Of a stretch of DNA of 64,000 nt, positions 12,001 to 23,718 are shown piece after piece. The DNA comes from Octopus sinensis (lineage: Eukaryota). Both the position numbers and the translations under genes were made by a program. Under the pieces are notes generated by a model. The model was not told the origin of the DNA. It saw only the letters and a program-made list of their open reading frames with translations, and did no database searches. Location of the stretch: positions 24,800,001 through 24,864,000 of the forward strand of contig NC_043003.1 in assembly GCF_006345805.1 (NCBI RefSeq), in the 5' to 3' direction. Numbering within the stretch: position 1 is the first letter of the stretch; every line of letters starts with the position of its first letter.

Positions 12001-15000
12001 TGCTGGTTTATGTTCAAAATAGTTATTTTACTAAAGTCATTATTTTCAAAATTATTTGAAACGAACAAAGAATATTTCAATAGAAATATGGTAACAAAAA
12101 GGTTAAAGTGATCTAAATTTAAACCATATCAAAATTTTATGTTTATTTTCCAGATTAACAATGACAAAGTTATTTTACTAAATTCTTCATTATTTTGAAA
12201 ATTGAAACAAAGTGTATTTCAATAAAAATTATGATGGGCGTAGGAGTGGCTGTGTGGTAAGTAGTTTGCTTACCAACCACATGGTTCCGGGTTCAGTCCC
12301 ACTGCGTGCCACCTTGGGCAAGTGTCTTCTACTATAGCCTCAGGCTGACCAAAGCCTTGTGAGTGGATTTGGTAGACGGAAACTGAAAGAAGCCTGTCAT
12401 ATATATGTATATATATATACATGTATGTGTATGCTTGTGTGTCTGTGTTTGTCCCCCAACATCACTTGACAACCGATGCTGGTGTGTTTACGTTACCCAT
12501 AACTTAGTGGTTCGGTAAAAGAGACCGATAGAATAAGTACTAGGCTTACAAAGAATAAGTCCTGGGGTCGATTTGCTTGAGTAAAGGCGGTGCTCCAGCA
12601 TGGCCACAGTCAAATGACTGAAACAAGTAAAAGAGAATAATAAAAAAGTTAAGCATACCACTATCAGCAGAGTGGAAGAAACAGTTAAGTATCAAACTAA
12701 ATGTCTTGTATTATGTTTTCCCCCAACATTCTGTGTTGTTATTGTGTAGCAGGTCAGCTACGACTAAGCAAACCCATGGTATGCAGGCAACCAACCAAAC
12801 AACTAGGCTTGGCAGTGGCAAAGACCTGTTCTTGTTATACCTTACCATATGGCTATGTTGAGAGTAGAATTGAATACTTGTGACTTGCAGAGATGAATTA
12901 TGTTGGGGTAAAGTGTAACACTTTGAACTTGTTACCTTCTCTCCAATATCCAGTCATTTGACGGTTTTGTTTGACAGCTGTTTCTATATTGGATGAAGTA
13001 TGACATCTTGGACTTGTATTTTTGCCAATGTCCAGTCAATTTGCAGGGTGAAGTGTGGTAATAATAATAATGAAATTATTGTATACAGTGCTCAGGTGCA
13101 CCACAACTTGGCAAACGTGCATATAAAGCATATGCAGTAATGTACAAATGTCTGGAAAGTGAACAGTGTATGATTCAGATACATGCTTGCGTGTGTATGG
13201 AGGGAAGAAAATCAGGTGTAGTGTTGGTGAATCTCAGGAAGCATGGAAGTTTTGAAGGATGCAGTGTTCCGACAACTAACAACTGATGCCGGCAGTTTGT
13301 TCCATGCTTCAGCAACTCTTAGCATTAAAAAATGTTTCCAAAAGTCATGAGAGTTGTGCTATTTTCTGTCTTTGTAAGCATGTCCACGGGTGTTAGACAG
13401 GTGGAATTTGAAAAGGTGCTCAGAGTTATTGTTAGTAAGATAGTTAATAATTTTATGGGTGTCTGCCAAGTCAGCTGCCAGACGTTGGAGTTTCAATGTA
13501 TCCATGCCCAGGGAAGTAAGGCATTCAGAGGATGACAAATGCCTGATGGAGGGTATTCTCTTGTTTAGACTTGTTGCATTCTTTCCACAGTCATTTCAGT
13601 AGAGGGTGATGTGTGGCAGCTTGAATTTGTTACATTCTGTATGCTGTTCAGCCAATTTCTGAATAGAGCAAAGTGTGGCAGCTTGGACTTCTTGCATTCT
13701 CTCCCCTATCCAATCAATTTCTGTGGAAGACGAAGTGTAACAGCTTGGACTTGTTATATTATCTCCCCTGTCAAGTCAATTTCTGTAGAGGGCAAAACAT
13801 GACTGTTTGGACTCTTCAACTTATAGGATAAATTTCTCTATACCCTATACCATTAATATATTAAAATGAAAATAGTAAGTGGGTGTAAAATCTGATAATT
13901 TTTTTTTCTTTCCAAAATGTAACAATTGCTTTGATAAATTCTTTACAAATTTCTGGTCTTGTGCCAAAGTTAAAGAAATCAATATTTCTTTGTTGAAACT
14001 AACCATTGTTAGTAATTTTATATTGGTTCTATGAAAGTTCCAAGTTTTTTTATTTTTTGTTGTTTTTTTTTTTTCATAATTCATAGTACTGTTCCTTTCT
14101 AAGTGTTGTATATAACAACGAAAGGAAAATATTTGAAGGTTTTGTATATTTTCCTCACTCTACACTAATATCTCAAACAATGTGTTGGAAGAGTGGAAAG
14201 AAAGATGGACATTATTATCATTTTTTTTTTGTTCAACTTTTTTTTTTTAAATTTGTTTTTTTTAAATCATATAAGTTCTCCTTTTATTGAATAATGCTAT
14301 TATTTATCCTGATAGAAAAAGAAAATTTCTTTCCAATAAGCAAAAAAATATCAGCACTAAAATATCCTTTTATTGGTTTTTTTTGAGGGAACATTTTTGA
14401 TTTGTTCAGTTTTAAAAAATTTTTTCTTTTGTTATTTTTTCAACAATTCTATGTTCTTTGCCCCCCACTCCATAAACAAATTCTTCCTATTGCTGCAAGT
14501 GACAATTCTATTAAAAATTGTCAATATTGGCAAATTATATTTGACAAATGCTATTGAACAGGAATATATTTTTCAGAGACATAGGTGCACAAGCCTGTTA
14601 TTTATTTATGTATTTATTTTATGTTGATAGTTGCTTCAAGCCAGTTCGCTTCACTTAGACCACAAATATTGTCTAGAAAGGCATGAACACCATATAATCT
14701 CATTCACTCTCCTTTTAAGTTTATGGTCTAAGTAAAAAAAATACTTAGTATATAGTTTAAAAAGTTTAAAAATTTGTAAATGCTTTTAATTTTTTTAAAT
14801 AAACACAAAACAATGCAAGTTATATAAAATAATACAAGTTGATGGTGTGTACTAATACTTGGTATTTCAATAATTTGAGGTTAGGGCCTCCTCTTCTGGA
14901 AATCTTTAGAGAAATGATGTTGTAAGATGACTTTTCTGTTTTGAAGTTGTAAAATCAGCTTACAACACCATTCCTCTAAAGATTTTTTGAAAGGGCCTAA

Positions 15001-18000
15001 ACCCCAAAATATTGAAATACAAGCTAAAAGTGCTAACCTTCAATTTCTTATAATTGGCATTATTTTTGTCTTTATTAAAATAAAAATTAAAAGCATTAGA
15101 CAATGTTTCATGCAAGTTATACTTCTCTGAAAATTTGATTAATTTTTTTTTCTTTCTAATAAGCTAGAGAAGAGATACTGGCTATGAGTTTCAAAGATGT
15201 CTCCTAGACTGGTGAAATTTAAGTGTCTGATAACCTGCCTAGACATCTGTAGGAAAATTCAGGTAGAAGATACCAAGGATCTAGGGATCTGCTCTGAACC
15301 CTTGTTGTCAAACCAACTCAGCTGAAGCCACTCAAGGACCAGGTGTTAATGTTAAACGAGGAAGTATATTAAGGCTACAGTACAAATAAAAAATGCAAAA
15401 ATGCAAAAATAAATAAAAACAAGAAGCACTGTCATACGGTGTCATTGTAGCTGGTGTTAATATCATAGTCAAATTAGTGAGGTTTGGCATTCCTCTAAAT
15501 TTGCATACTTCAACACTAATTATAAACTATGAGTCTGCTTTGTAAAATCTTTTGACTAATCATAGTCATTGTTGTTTTGTACCCCAAGGTCAACCTTGAT
15601 CAAAGGCATCCCAGCCATGACCATTCAGTCTTTTTAGAAGTATGTAGTATTACATTGTCTAAAGATCCTGGCAGAGCTGTCCACACATGAACTACTAATA
15701 CTACAACTACTAAAAATGAATGAAAATAGCAGCCAAATCTCACTCAGACTACATGCTACCATCTTAGAAGAAAAGTTAGAACAAACATATTGCGTAATGT
15801 CCAATTAATGGCCCATCCGATTTCAAGTTTTAGCACAAAGCCTGCAAGGTTGATTACATCAACCTCAATGTGCAACTGGTACTCTTTTTATCGACCCTGA
15901 AAAGATGAAAGGTAAAGGTGACCTTGGTGAAATTTGAACACAGAATGTAAAGGCAGACAAATTGCTGCTAAGCATTTCACCTGGTGTGCTAACAATTCTA
16001 CCAGCTCGCCACCTCAATTAGTGGCCCAATTAATCCTTTTGATGACGAGGTGTACCACTATTGTAACTCCTGGTAAATTAACTTTGTTGCTCTGTAATAT
16101 GTTGATTCTCAGGTCCCCAGTAGGTGCAATTGTGACAATTAATTGAATTAGTTAATGTATATGTAACCTCATCACTCCAAATGATCTTTGTTGGAAAGTG
16201 TACATCTACACATCTTATCAAGCACCATTTGCAAAACTCCACTCTTCGGTCCAGATTATTTTCATTGAGAGTATGAACTGTTCTTGGAATGTAACTTTTC
16301 CAATTACAGCACTTCAAATTGTGATGAATGATTGATTTTTGAAATTCCTGAATTTCAACAACATCAACAGGATATTTTTGTATGTATGTATATGTGCAGA
16401 TTTTTATGTTTTGTTTGTTTTATTTGTATGTATGAATGTATAATAATAATAATAATAATAATTGTGTACAGTGCTCAGGTGCACTACAACATGTATGTAT
16501 GTATGTATGTCATTTGTGAGGTCTCTCATTAGTGCTATTGGTAACATGGAAACCAGTACAACCTATTGCATAGTCAGATCATCATCGACCAAACCCGCAC
16601 CTCCACTAGACTTGCTTGGTGAGGAGGGTTGCTAGAAACCCTGTAGGACTAAAAACAAAACTTGTCAAAAGGATGGATGAACCTAGTGTAAGTTCAATTA
16701 CTATCTATCAATAGCACAGGTACACAGAAATTCTAGGTAAGTGTCTGGCATGCTGGAAGACTACTGGGAGTGAAGTACCCCTCAGCTTTTGCTAAAGCAT
16801 GTCTCTAGGTGAAGGTCACTCTGATATAAAACCAGATGTGCAGGGAATGGCATTGAACATTTTGGGGACCTTACGCTCGTGCTTGAGATTACTGAGCCTG
16901 TGACTCATATTGGTACGGGGTACCTTGCCCTGGCATGTCTCCATATTATGTCAATAAGGTCTGTGCAAGCCTTATTTGACCAAACATTTTAGGTTGCACA
17001 ATTGCCGGCAAAACGACTTTCTGATGTCCAGTTCAGTAGGAGGGCACCGCATTGAGCATGGAAGCCATGGGCATGAATCTGGAGGGAAGCTGACCATGGC
17101 TCATGAACCCACTGCTGACATTTTGCATGGGCAATGGTCAGTGTTGGTCTTCCTTGGTCACAAGTGGACAGCCATATTGTCTGTATATGATGGGCTTCTT
17201 TCAGTTTCTGTTTGCCAATTTCACTCACTAGGCTCTGTTCAGGCAGGGTCTATAGCAGAAATCACTTACCCTAGGTTCTGTGTAGTAGGACTGAACCTGA
17301 GAATTGTAAAAATTTAATTTTATTATTATTATCATTATTATTATGAAGGTGGTGAGCTACCAGAATCATTAGTGCACCAGGTAAAATGCTTAGCTGCATT
17401 TCATTCATCTTTCTGGAGTGAGTTCAAATTCTACTAAGGTCTACTTTGCCTTTCATCCTTTTGAGGTCGATAGAATAAATACCAGTTAAGTAATGGGTCA
17501 ATGTTATCAACTTTCCCCCACTCCCAAATTTCAGGCCTTGTGCCTATAGCAGAAAGGATTATTATTATTATTATTATTATTCTGAGACCCCTTTTGGTCA
17601 TGACACAGACCATGGGATTGCACCTAGAAAGTTACTCTCCCAGGCACAAGTCCGTGCAAGGTTGTATATGGAAGACCAGCAGTCGCCCATGCATACCAGC
17701 CTCCCCTCTCCACACCACCAATGTTATCCAAGGGAAAGGCAAATGCTGATACAGCTTGGCACCTGTGATGTCGCAACTCATTTTTACAGCCGAGTTAACT
17801 GGAGCAATGTGAAATAAAGTGTCTTGCTCAAGAAGACAACACACAGCCCAGTCTGGGATTCGAACTTACAACCTCACGATCATAAGCTCAATGCTATAAC
17901 CACTGAGCCATTATTATTATTATTATTATCATGATTGTAGTGAGCTAGCAAAATAATTAGTTGACAAGGCAAAATGCTTAGCTGTATTTCATCTATCTTT

Positions 18001-20177
18001 ATGGCCTGAGTTCAAATTCTGCCAAGGTTAACTTTAGTGTTCATCCTTTTGGGATTGATAAAAATAAGTACCAGTTGCATATTGGGGGTTGATGTAATCG
18101 ATTTACCCCCACCCCCGAAGATGATTTAGGCAGCAACCTGGAAAAATTGTTCGCACCCCAGACAAAATGCTTTGTGGTATTTTTTGCAGCTTTTTATGTT
18201 CTGAGTTCAGATTTCACCAAGATCGGCTTTGCTCTTCAACCTTTTGCGGGTGATAAAACAGGTACCAGTTGAGTACTAAGGTTGATGCAATTGACTAGTC
18301 CCCTCCTACAAAATTTCAGGCCTTGTGCCGATAGTAGAAAGAGTTAATATTATTTTTTCCGTTAAATATTTTCTAAATTAATCAAAGACCCCTGTTATTG
18401 TATCAATATTATTTGCCAATTGTGGAAGTTGAGCTGAGAGAAAGTTTTGCTTCTCAGCAGCTAAAACTACACATACATACTTACATACATATAATCATAC
18501 ATACATAAACACACACATATTGCATGTGGGCACACTCACACCAAGTGAATAAAGTCTCTCTTGGTTTTAGCCTGAAGCTGTAGCTATTTTTAAAAATTTA
18601 TTTTTTAGTCTTCAGAAAGACTATGAAGATTACACAATGATATTCATCAACGGGGATGATAACTCATTGATGGATTATACTTTAATTGTATCAAGTCAAT
18701 TGACTTTATTTGTCACATTCCTACATGGAATAACGATGTTGTTCTGTTGTATGGAGATTTGTATAAACTTTGAATTTATCAGTGGGAGTTTTTTTCTTTA
18801 TTTTTTTTTCCTTTTATTTAAAAACCATATATAAATCTTCTTTCCAAATGCGAAGGCAATTAAAATTATGATTAGTTTAAAAGAAAGAAAGAAAAAAAAA
18901 TGGTACTTTGAAGAATAAAGTGTTATGTAAATTACCTCCCTTAGTTAGATGCCAATGGAATTTATCTCCCTTGGAAATAGGAACTACATGTTGGCTAGAA
19001 TTCCCTCCCTTGGATGTATTAAAATATTATTGACGTAGATTTCTTTTTTCATTTTTGAATAGTCAATTTTTGACTGTTTTGATGCCGCTTTGTTTAAATC
19101 TATTCTATTAGCTGCATTTTAAGCAGCTGTTTATTGAATAAAGGCTCACAGTAATTCAGTTTGTTTTCTGTTCTATTTATTTTAGATTAATTAGAATAGG
19201 TGCTTTCAAATTTCTTGTAGCCCTAGTAAATATACATTATCATACATTTTTCTTATCATCCAATCTTCAAAATCATTATCATCATCATTAATCATAGGGT
19301 ATTTTTTAAAAAGTGGCAGTAATAATAGTAAGTGCTCAGTGATTTAAAAAATTTTTTTCAATGTTGGTCCCCGTTGGAATGATTGCAGTTTATTTTTGAC
19401 ATGTAGCATTTGGACTCAGAAATCACAAATGCAACCATCCTTCATTAGAAGTCAGCTTAAATAATAACCCATTGACAGATAAAATAGATTAAGAACGATA
19501 AAGACAAATATCGATTGATTTATTTACTTTAGACTCAAATTAGTAATTAATCAACGACTAATTTCAATCGCTTCCATATCAAAATTATTTTTAATTACTT
19601 TTTGTTTTTATGCTTCTAGCATTCTATATTGTTAACATTAAATATTAACTCTATATTTGAGTAGTTTTGACATAGTTACCATGGTGATGATGATGGTGTT
19701 TGTTGATTATTCTAATTAGTTAGACATGAAATGCAAAAAGCCTCATGACAAAATTTTAAATCCAGCATCTCTTATGGATATTCCGGAAACTATATCACAT
19801 AAGGTATTTCCATGAACAATTTATTTAACTCATTTACATATCCAACCACTACCATCATTACATCCTCTACCACTACCAGCTGGTATCATCAAATTCTGGA
19901 AACTGAAAAATCCCAATCTTCTTTTTAACATCTACTTCTGTTTCAATTTTCATCCAACCAAAAAATAAATAGATAAATCAAAAGAGAAAGTAAAAAGTAT
20001 TGTGTGTTATAGTAATAATGATGCAGAAATTAATAAAAGAGACTGAAATAAAAGAAATTTTATACACCTTCTCTTTAACTTACGACTGAGTTCCCTTCTG
20101 ACTGACAGGTCATAAGTCAACTTGGTTGTATATCAGATTTATATTTTTCAATATTATTTTCATTCAAGCATAACTGA
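1150..20177 (+). CDS. Tentative unidentified spliced gene made of short exons
   Basis: Phase-compatible chain 1150-1190, 2158-2190, 2315-2352, 7143-7194, 8005-8042/8046 reads [67 protein letters not shown]. Further candidates are 12750/12753-12778, 18571 onward, 19720/19724-19803 and 20109-20177. I recognise no homolog, and the 3' exons are ambiguous. Confidence 0.4.
1478..1780 (-). mobile_element. tRNA-head SINE (OR-type); copies also at about 21591-21884, 27500-27745 and 35275-35570
   Basis: Minus strand begins GGCGCAATGGCCCAGTGGTTAGGGCAGCGGACTCG (A-box) with a B-box-like segment; four homologous copies in the window. Confidence 0.8.
3399..3468. repeat. (TA)n microsatellite (others at 6043-6077, 30612-30666, 51875-51930)
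   Basis: Visible directly in the sequence. Confidence 0.95.
5093..5195. mobile_element. hAT-type MITE
   Basis: TIRs caagcatgggtaacct / aggttatccatgactg; 8-bp TSD tcatagag / tcttagag. Confidence 0.65.
6139..6523 (+). mobile_element. Tc2/pogo-like MITE, copy 1
   Basis: TA|CCGTAAATCCTCGAGTATA ... TATACTCAAGGATTTACGG terminal inverted repeats; closely similar to the copy at 11464. Confidence 0.8.
9327..9914 (+). mobile_element. TTAA/CCCT piggyBac-like MITE interrupted by a palindromic element
   Basis: Begins ttaaccctttagc and resumes at 9877, ending aaagagttaa. Related copies lie near 1250-1440, 4050-4200, 8510-8680, 31880-32083, 48135-48675 and 52905-53295. Confidence 0.6.
11464..11847 (+). 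mobile_element. Tc2/pogo-like MITE, copy 2
   Basis: Same TIRs with TA flanks; explains the twin ORFs 6199..6417 and 11524..11742. Confidence 0.8.
11903..12106 (+). mobile_element. Second TTAA-flanked MITE family (representative copy)
   Basis: ttaacccc...aaggttaa ends. Related copies lie near 6735-6980, 10825-10965, 22390-22975, 25967-26210, 29925-30292 and 33270-33442. Confidence 0.6.
12236..12640 (+). mobile_element. CORE-like tRNA-derived SINE; copies at about 10270-10810, 22470-22810, 48275-48635 and 53740-54030
   Basis: tRNA-like head gagtggctgtgtggtaag...gggttcagtccc and CORE-like accttgggcaagtg. Confidence 0.75.
12900..13815. repeat. Degenerate tandem array of about 60-bp units, split by the CR1 insertion
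   Basis: Units begin aagtgt(g/a)(g/a)ca.cttggactt at about 12911, 12997, 13051, 13610, 13671 and 13733. Confidence 0.55.
13059..13563 (-). mobile_element. CR1-clade LINE 3' fragment, copy 1
   Basis: (ATT)n tail and RT C-terminal remnant; near-identical to the copy at 42313-42776. Confidence 0.8.
16050..16320 (-). mobile_element. Degenerate Tc1/mariner-superfamily transposase fragment
   Basis: DRRVEFC.W...[27 protein letters not shown] matches the first catalytic-D region (WSDE...N.HN..YW..EN). Confidence 0.65.
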
Positions 20178-23100
20178 TGCTTGAAAGTGACTGAGTGAAA
20201 GACAGTGGCAGGCAATGGATGCCTGGGTCTGATGGTGGGGGCTGTGTTGCCAGATGCTACCATAGTTATCATATGTGCTGCTGCCCAAAGTCCGAAAATC
20301 AATTTATTGAATTTTTTATTTCTTTATTTTTTTTGTGGTCATAAGTCAAGAAGGTGTATACAGTATTCTATATTCCATTCTGTAGATCTTGGTTCTTTGC
20401 TGAATCATCAGATCTATGGAATTTTAAAATTTAATTTCTTGTCTAGTCTAGATGAAAGTGGTGATGGCATAAGAGTGTATACTGATGACCTCCACTACTT
20501 TTGTAATGTCTAATATTGCATAATTTCTTTTTTTTTTTGTGGTTAACTTACATTACTCATTGATGCCCCCCAATTATTTGTTTTCAATATAAGATACACA
20601 CTACTTTCATTTCCCCCCTTATTTCACTGACTTGTAGGTGGCCTGTTCTCTCTGCCCCATTTACATTTTGAGGGCTTTATTTCTCCTTTTCATCTCTTTA
20701 CTATTTTAAACTTCTTTGCTGCTATACATACCTAGCAATATGGAAGATACACATTAGTTTTTCCAAAACAAAAACTTAACTTCGCTCACACATTTATTAT
20801 CCAATGTCAAGTTTTCACTGTGCTAACTGCCATCAGGTCACTGGGAGAGTTTCACTACATTCAATCCTTCTAGGATTGGTAAAATAAAGTACCAGTGAAA
20901 TAGTCTTAGTGACAAAGTTGCAGTAATAAAAATTTTGACACCAAATAGTAAAAGCTTAAGTGAAGTTAACAGTTGTTTTATGTTCTTAAATGGCTAATAT
21001 ATATCTTCTATTGTAATTGTTTTAGTTCCAACACATGGTCTCAGACCAAATCACTTGCCGGACAATTACATCTCTGAAATAGATAATATATACATACTCC
21101 ATTTCTTCCTTTTTTTTTTAAATACACAATAAGCTTCTTGAAGATGTAATAGGATATATAAATAACTATAACTAAATATATATATATATAATTAATGGGA
21201 TTCTTAATAAAATGATAGTTTCCTAATTTCAGGTTATTCAAAATTTCAACAAAAAAAAATATATATATATATATATATAGAAAAGTAAACATATGGTCAT
21301 TTCAACATTCATCAACATGTTATCATTACTTCTTTTATTATTATTCGTTTTTGTTCTCCTTCAAAAAATATAAAATCTGAAAAATTAAATAAAAATGAAT
21401 TGAAAATTTTGTTTCTTTTTTGGGGTATTATTATTGAGTACCTAAAAGGTAGCAAGCTAATGGAGTTGTTAGCTTGCCAGACAAAATGCTTAGCATATTT
21501 TGTGTCTTTATATTCTGAGTTCAGATTCCACAGGGGTTGCTTTTGCCTTTTGGGGTCAATAAAATAAGTAGCAGTCAAGCACTAGGGTTCCTTCTCAAGC
21601 CACACCTGGCTCATAAGGGCCGGTTTCCCAGTTTCCTTGGCGTATAGGTGCCCCACCTGGACAGGATGCCGGTCCGTTGCAGGTGAGCTGCAAGATGCAG
21701 GAGGAAAGAGTTAGAGAAAGTTGTGGTAAAAGAGTCAGCAGAAGTGCGCCATTACCTTCTGCCGGAGCCACGTGGAGCTTAGATTTTTCGCTCATAAACA
21801 CACATATTGCCCAGTCTGATATTCGAACCCACGATCCCTCGACCACGAGTCCGCTGCTCTAACCACTAGGCCATGTGCCTCCACAAGCACTGGGGTTGAT
21901 GTAATTGAGTCACCCATCCCCTGAAAATGCTGGCCATGTGCCAAAATTTGAAACCATTAAGGTAGTAAGCGAGCAGAATCATTAGCAGGCTGAACACATG
22001 ACCTGACTTGTCATCTGATGTCACTTTGTCCACGTCTTTTTGCCTAATGATTTTTTTGTCCAATTTTACATAAACTCTTTAGAAAACAAAGTGAACATCA
22101 AAATCAAATAATCATTGAGAATTTTACTGATAGGATTTGTCATTGGCCACAAAAATCATCAGACAAAAAGATGTGGATGCAGAGACATTTGACTAAGTGT
22201 CGTCGGATGAAAAGACAAAGCACCAGCTGGATAAAATGGTTAGAAGTATTTCGTCCATCTTTACGTTCTGAGTTCAAATTCTGCTTTTCGTCCTTTCAGA
22301 GTCAATAAAATAAAAACCAGTTGAGCACTGAGATTGATGATACACAGATTGCTTGTTCTCTCTCTCTCTCTCTCTCATATATATAACCATTTTGTTACAC
22401 ATTTCTGTTGAAATATGCTGCCTTTGTTTCAATTATCATTTTTTTTTAACTATGAAGAATCTATATACACAGACGTGGCTATGTGGTTAAGAAGCTTGTT
22501 TCACAACCATGTGGTCTGGGTTCAGTCCCACTGAGTGGCCCCTTAGGCAAGTGTCTTCTACTATAGCCCCAGGCTGATCAAAGCTTTGCAAATGGGTTTG
22601 ATAGATGGAAACTGAACAAAGCCTGTTTTGTGCATATGTGTGTCCCACCTCCACAGTTTCACAAACGGTGTTGGTTTGTTTACATCACAGTAACTTTGTG
22701 GGTCAACAAAAGCTTAAAAAGGCAAAATAAGCACTGGGGCTGATTTGTTTGACAAAAACCCTTCAAGGTTGTACCCCAGCATGGCTGCTGTACAATGACT
22801 AAAATAAGAAAAAAATAAAAAGATCATTTAGTAAAAAAACTTTGTCATTATCAAAGTAGTGTTTGAGACAAATTAACAAAAATGAAATTTTGATGGAAAA
22901 GTTTTAATTTAAATCACTTCAAAACAGGAAGTTGGTGTCACAGAGCCAAGGTTGGTTATCAAAACAGTTAATCCTTAATATCTGGATGATATACATGTAT
23001 CTGCAGGATTTATAAAAATGAAACAACACAAGCCATTTGTCCGTGATATTAAGCTAATATCTAATAGCAGTGGATTGATAGAACCAGAAAATACAAAATG

Positions 23101-23415
23101 CTGAGTTATTTAGCTGTTGATTGTTCATGCATTTAGTCAAAATCCTGCCAAAGTCAGCTTTAATTTTCATTCTTCTAGGGGTTGGTAAAACAACTCTATA
23201 CATCTCTCCTCCAGAAACATTTGTGGCCATGTGTCTATGTTAAAAAATTTAATACTAAACTGATATGATATGATGTGCTGATATGTTTGGTCATAAATAA
23301 ATAATTTTAATATGTAACGATTCGACACAGATTTATGTGTCCATTATAAAAGTACCTTACAGCATCATGCAGTGTAAACATCCCGGCAAGGCCACAATTA
23401 TATTTCCATAAAAAA

Positions 23416-23421
23416 TTTATT
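23416..23421 (-). terminator. Candidate polyadenylation signal (AATAAA) for ARMC1
   Basis: tttatt on the plus strand, about 110 nt past the stop codon; more distal sites are possible. Confidence 0.45.
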
Positions 23422-23532
23422 TAAACCACATGCTGTAGCAGTTGTTATCCTACTAAGAGTGTATGTTTCAGTAGCAGTCTTGATTCTATTGTTTACAGAG
23501 TTTTCCTTTTTTCTTGTGTGTGCGTTTAATTA

Positions 23533-23718
23533 TCACCAGAATGAATTGGAGAAATAATTAGCTGCAGTGCGTAACCAGCTTCCAGAGTTAAATCTGTTAT
23601 TCGAGCTCTCGGTACGGCAAACAGCTTTGTCATCAGCCAGCGGACTTTCAACATCATCCAAATAGTCAGGCCCATCGGTACTGACATTAGCTTGGTCACT
23701 GCTGCATGGCAATAAAAC
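23533..23718 (-). CDS. ARMC1: ARMC1 terminal coding exon (VLLPC...GSWLRTAANYFSNSFW*)
   Basis: atgtacag|gtt, TGA at 23535-23533. The frame differs from the listed ORF 23526..23726. Confidence 0.95.
   Translation of the reverse strand, partial: VLLPCSSDQANVSTDGPDYLDDVESPLADDKAVCRTESSNNRFNSGSWLRTAANYFSNSFW

Noticed and set aside
12900-13815. CRISPR-like array
   Set aside because: Eukaryotic context; units are degenerate along their whole length with no invariant repeat and unique spacer.
16520-17200. GC-richer stretch with a strong donor (ctag|gtaagt at 16737) and ORFs 16976 and 16989
   Set aside because: The acceptor is weak and the peptides are unrecognisable; more likely an old retroelement segment, which I could not classify.
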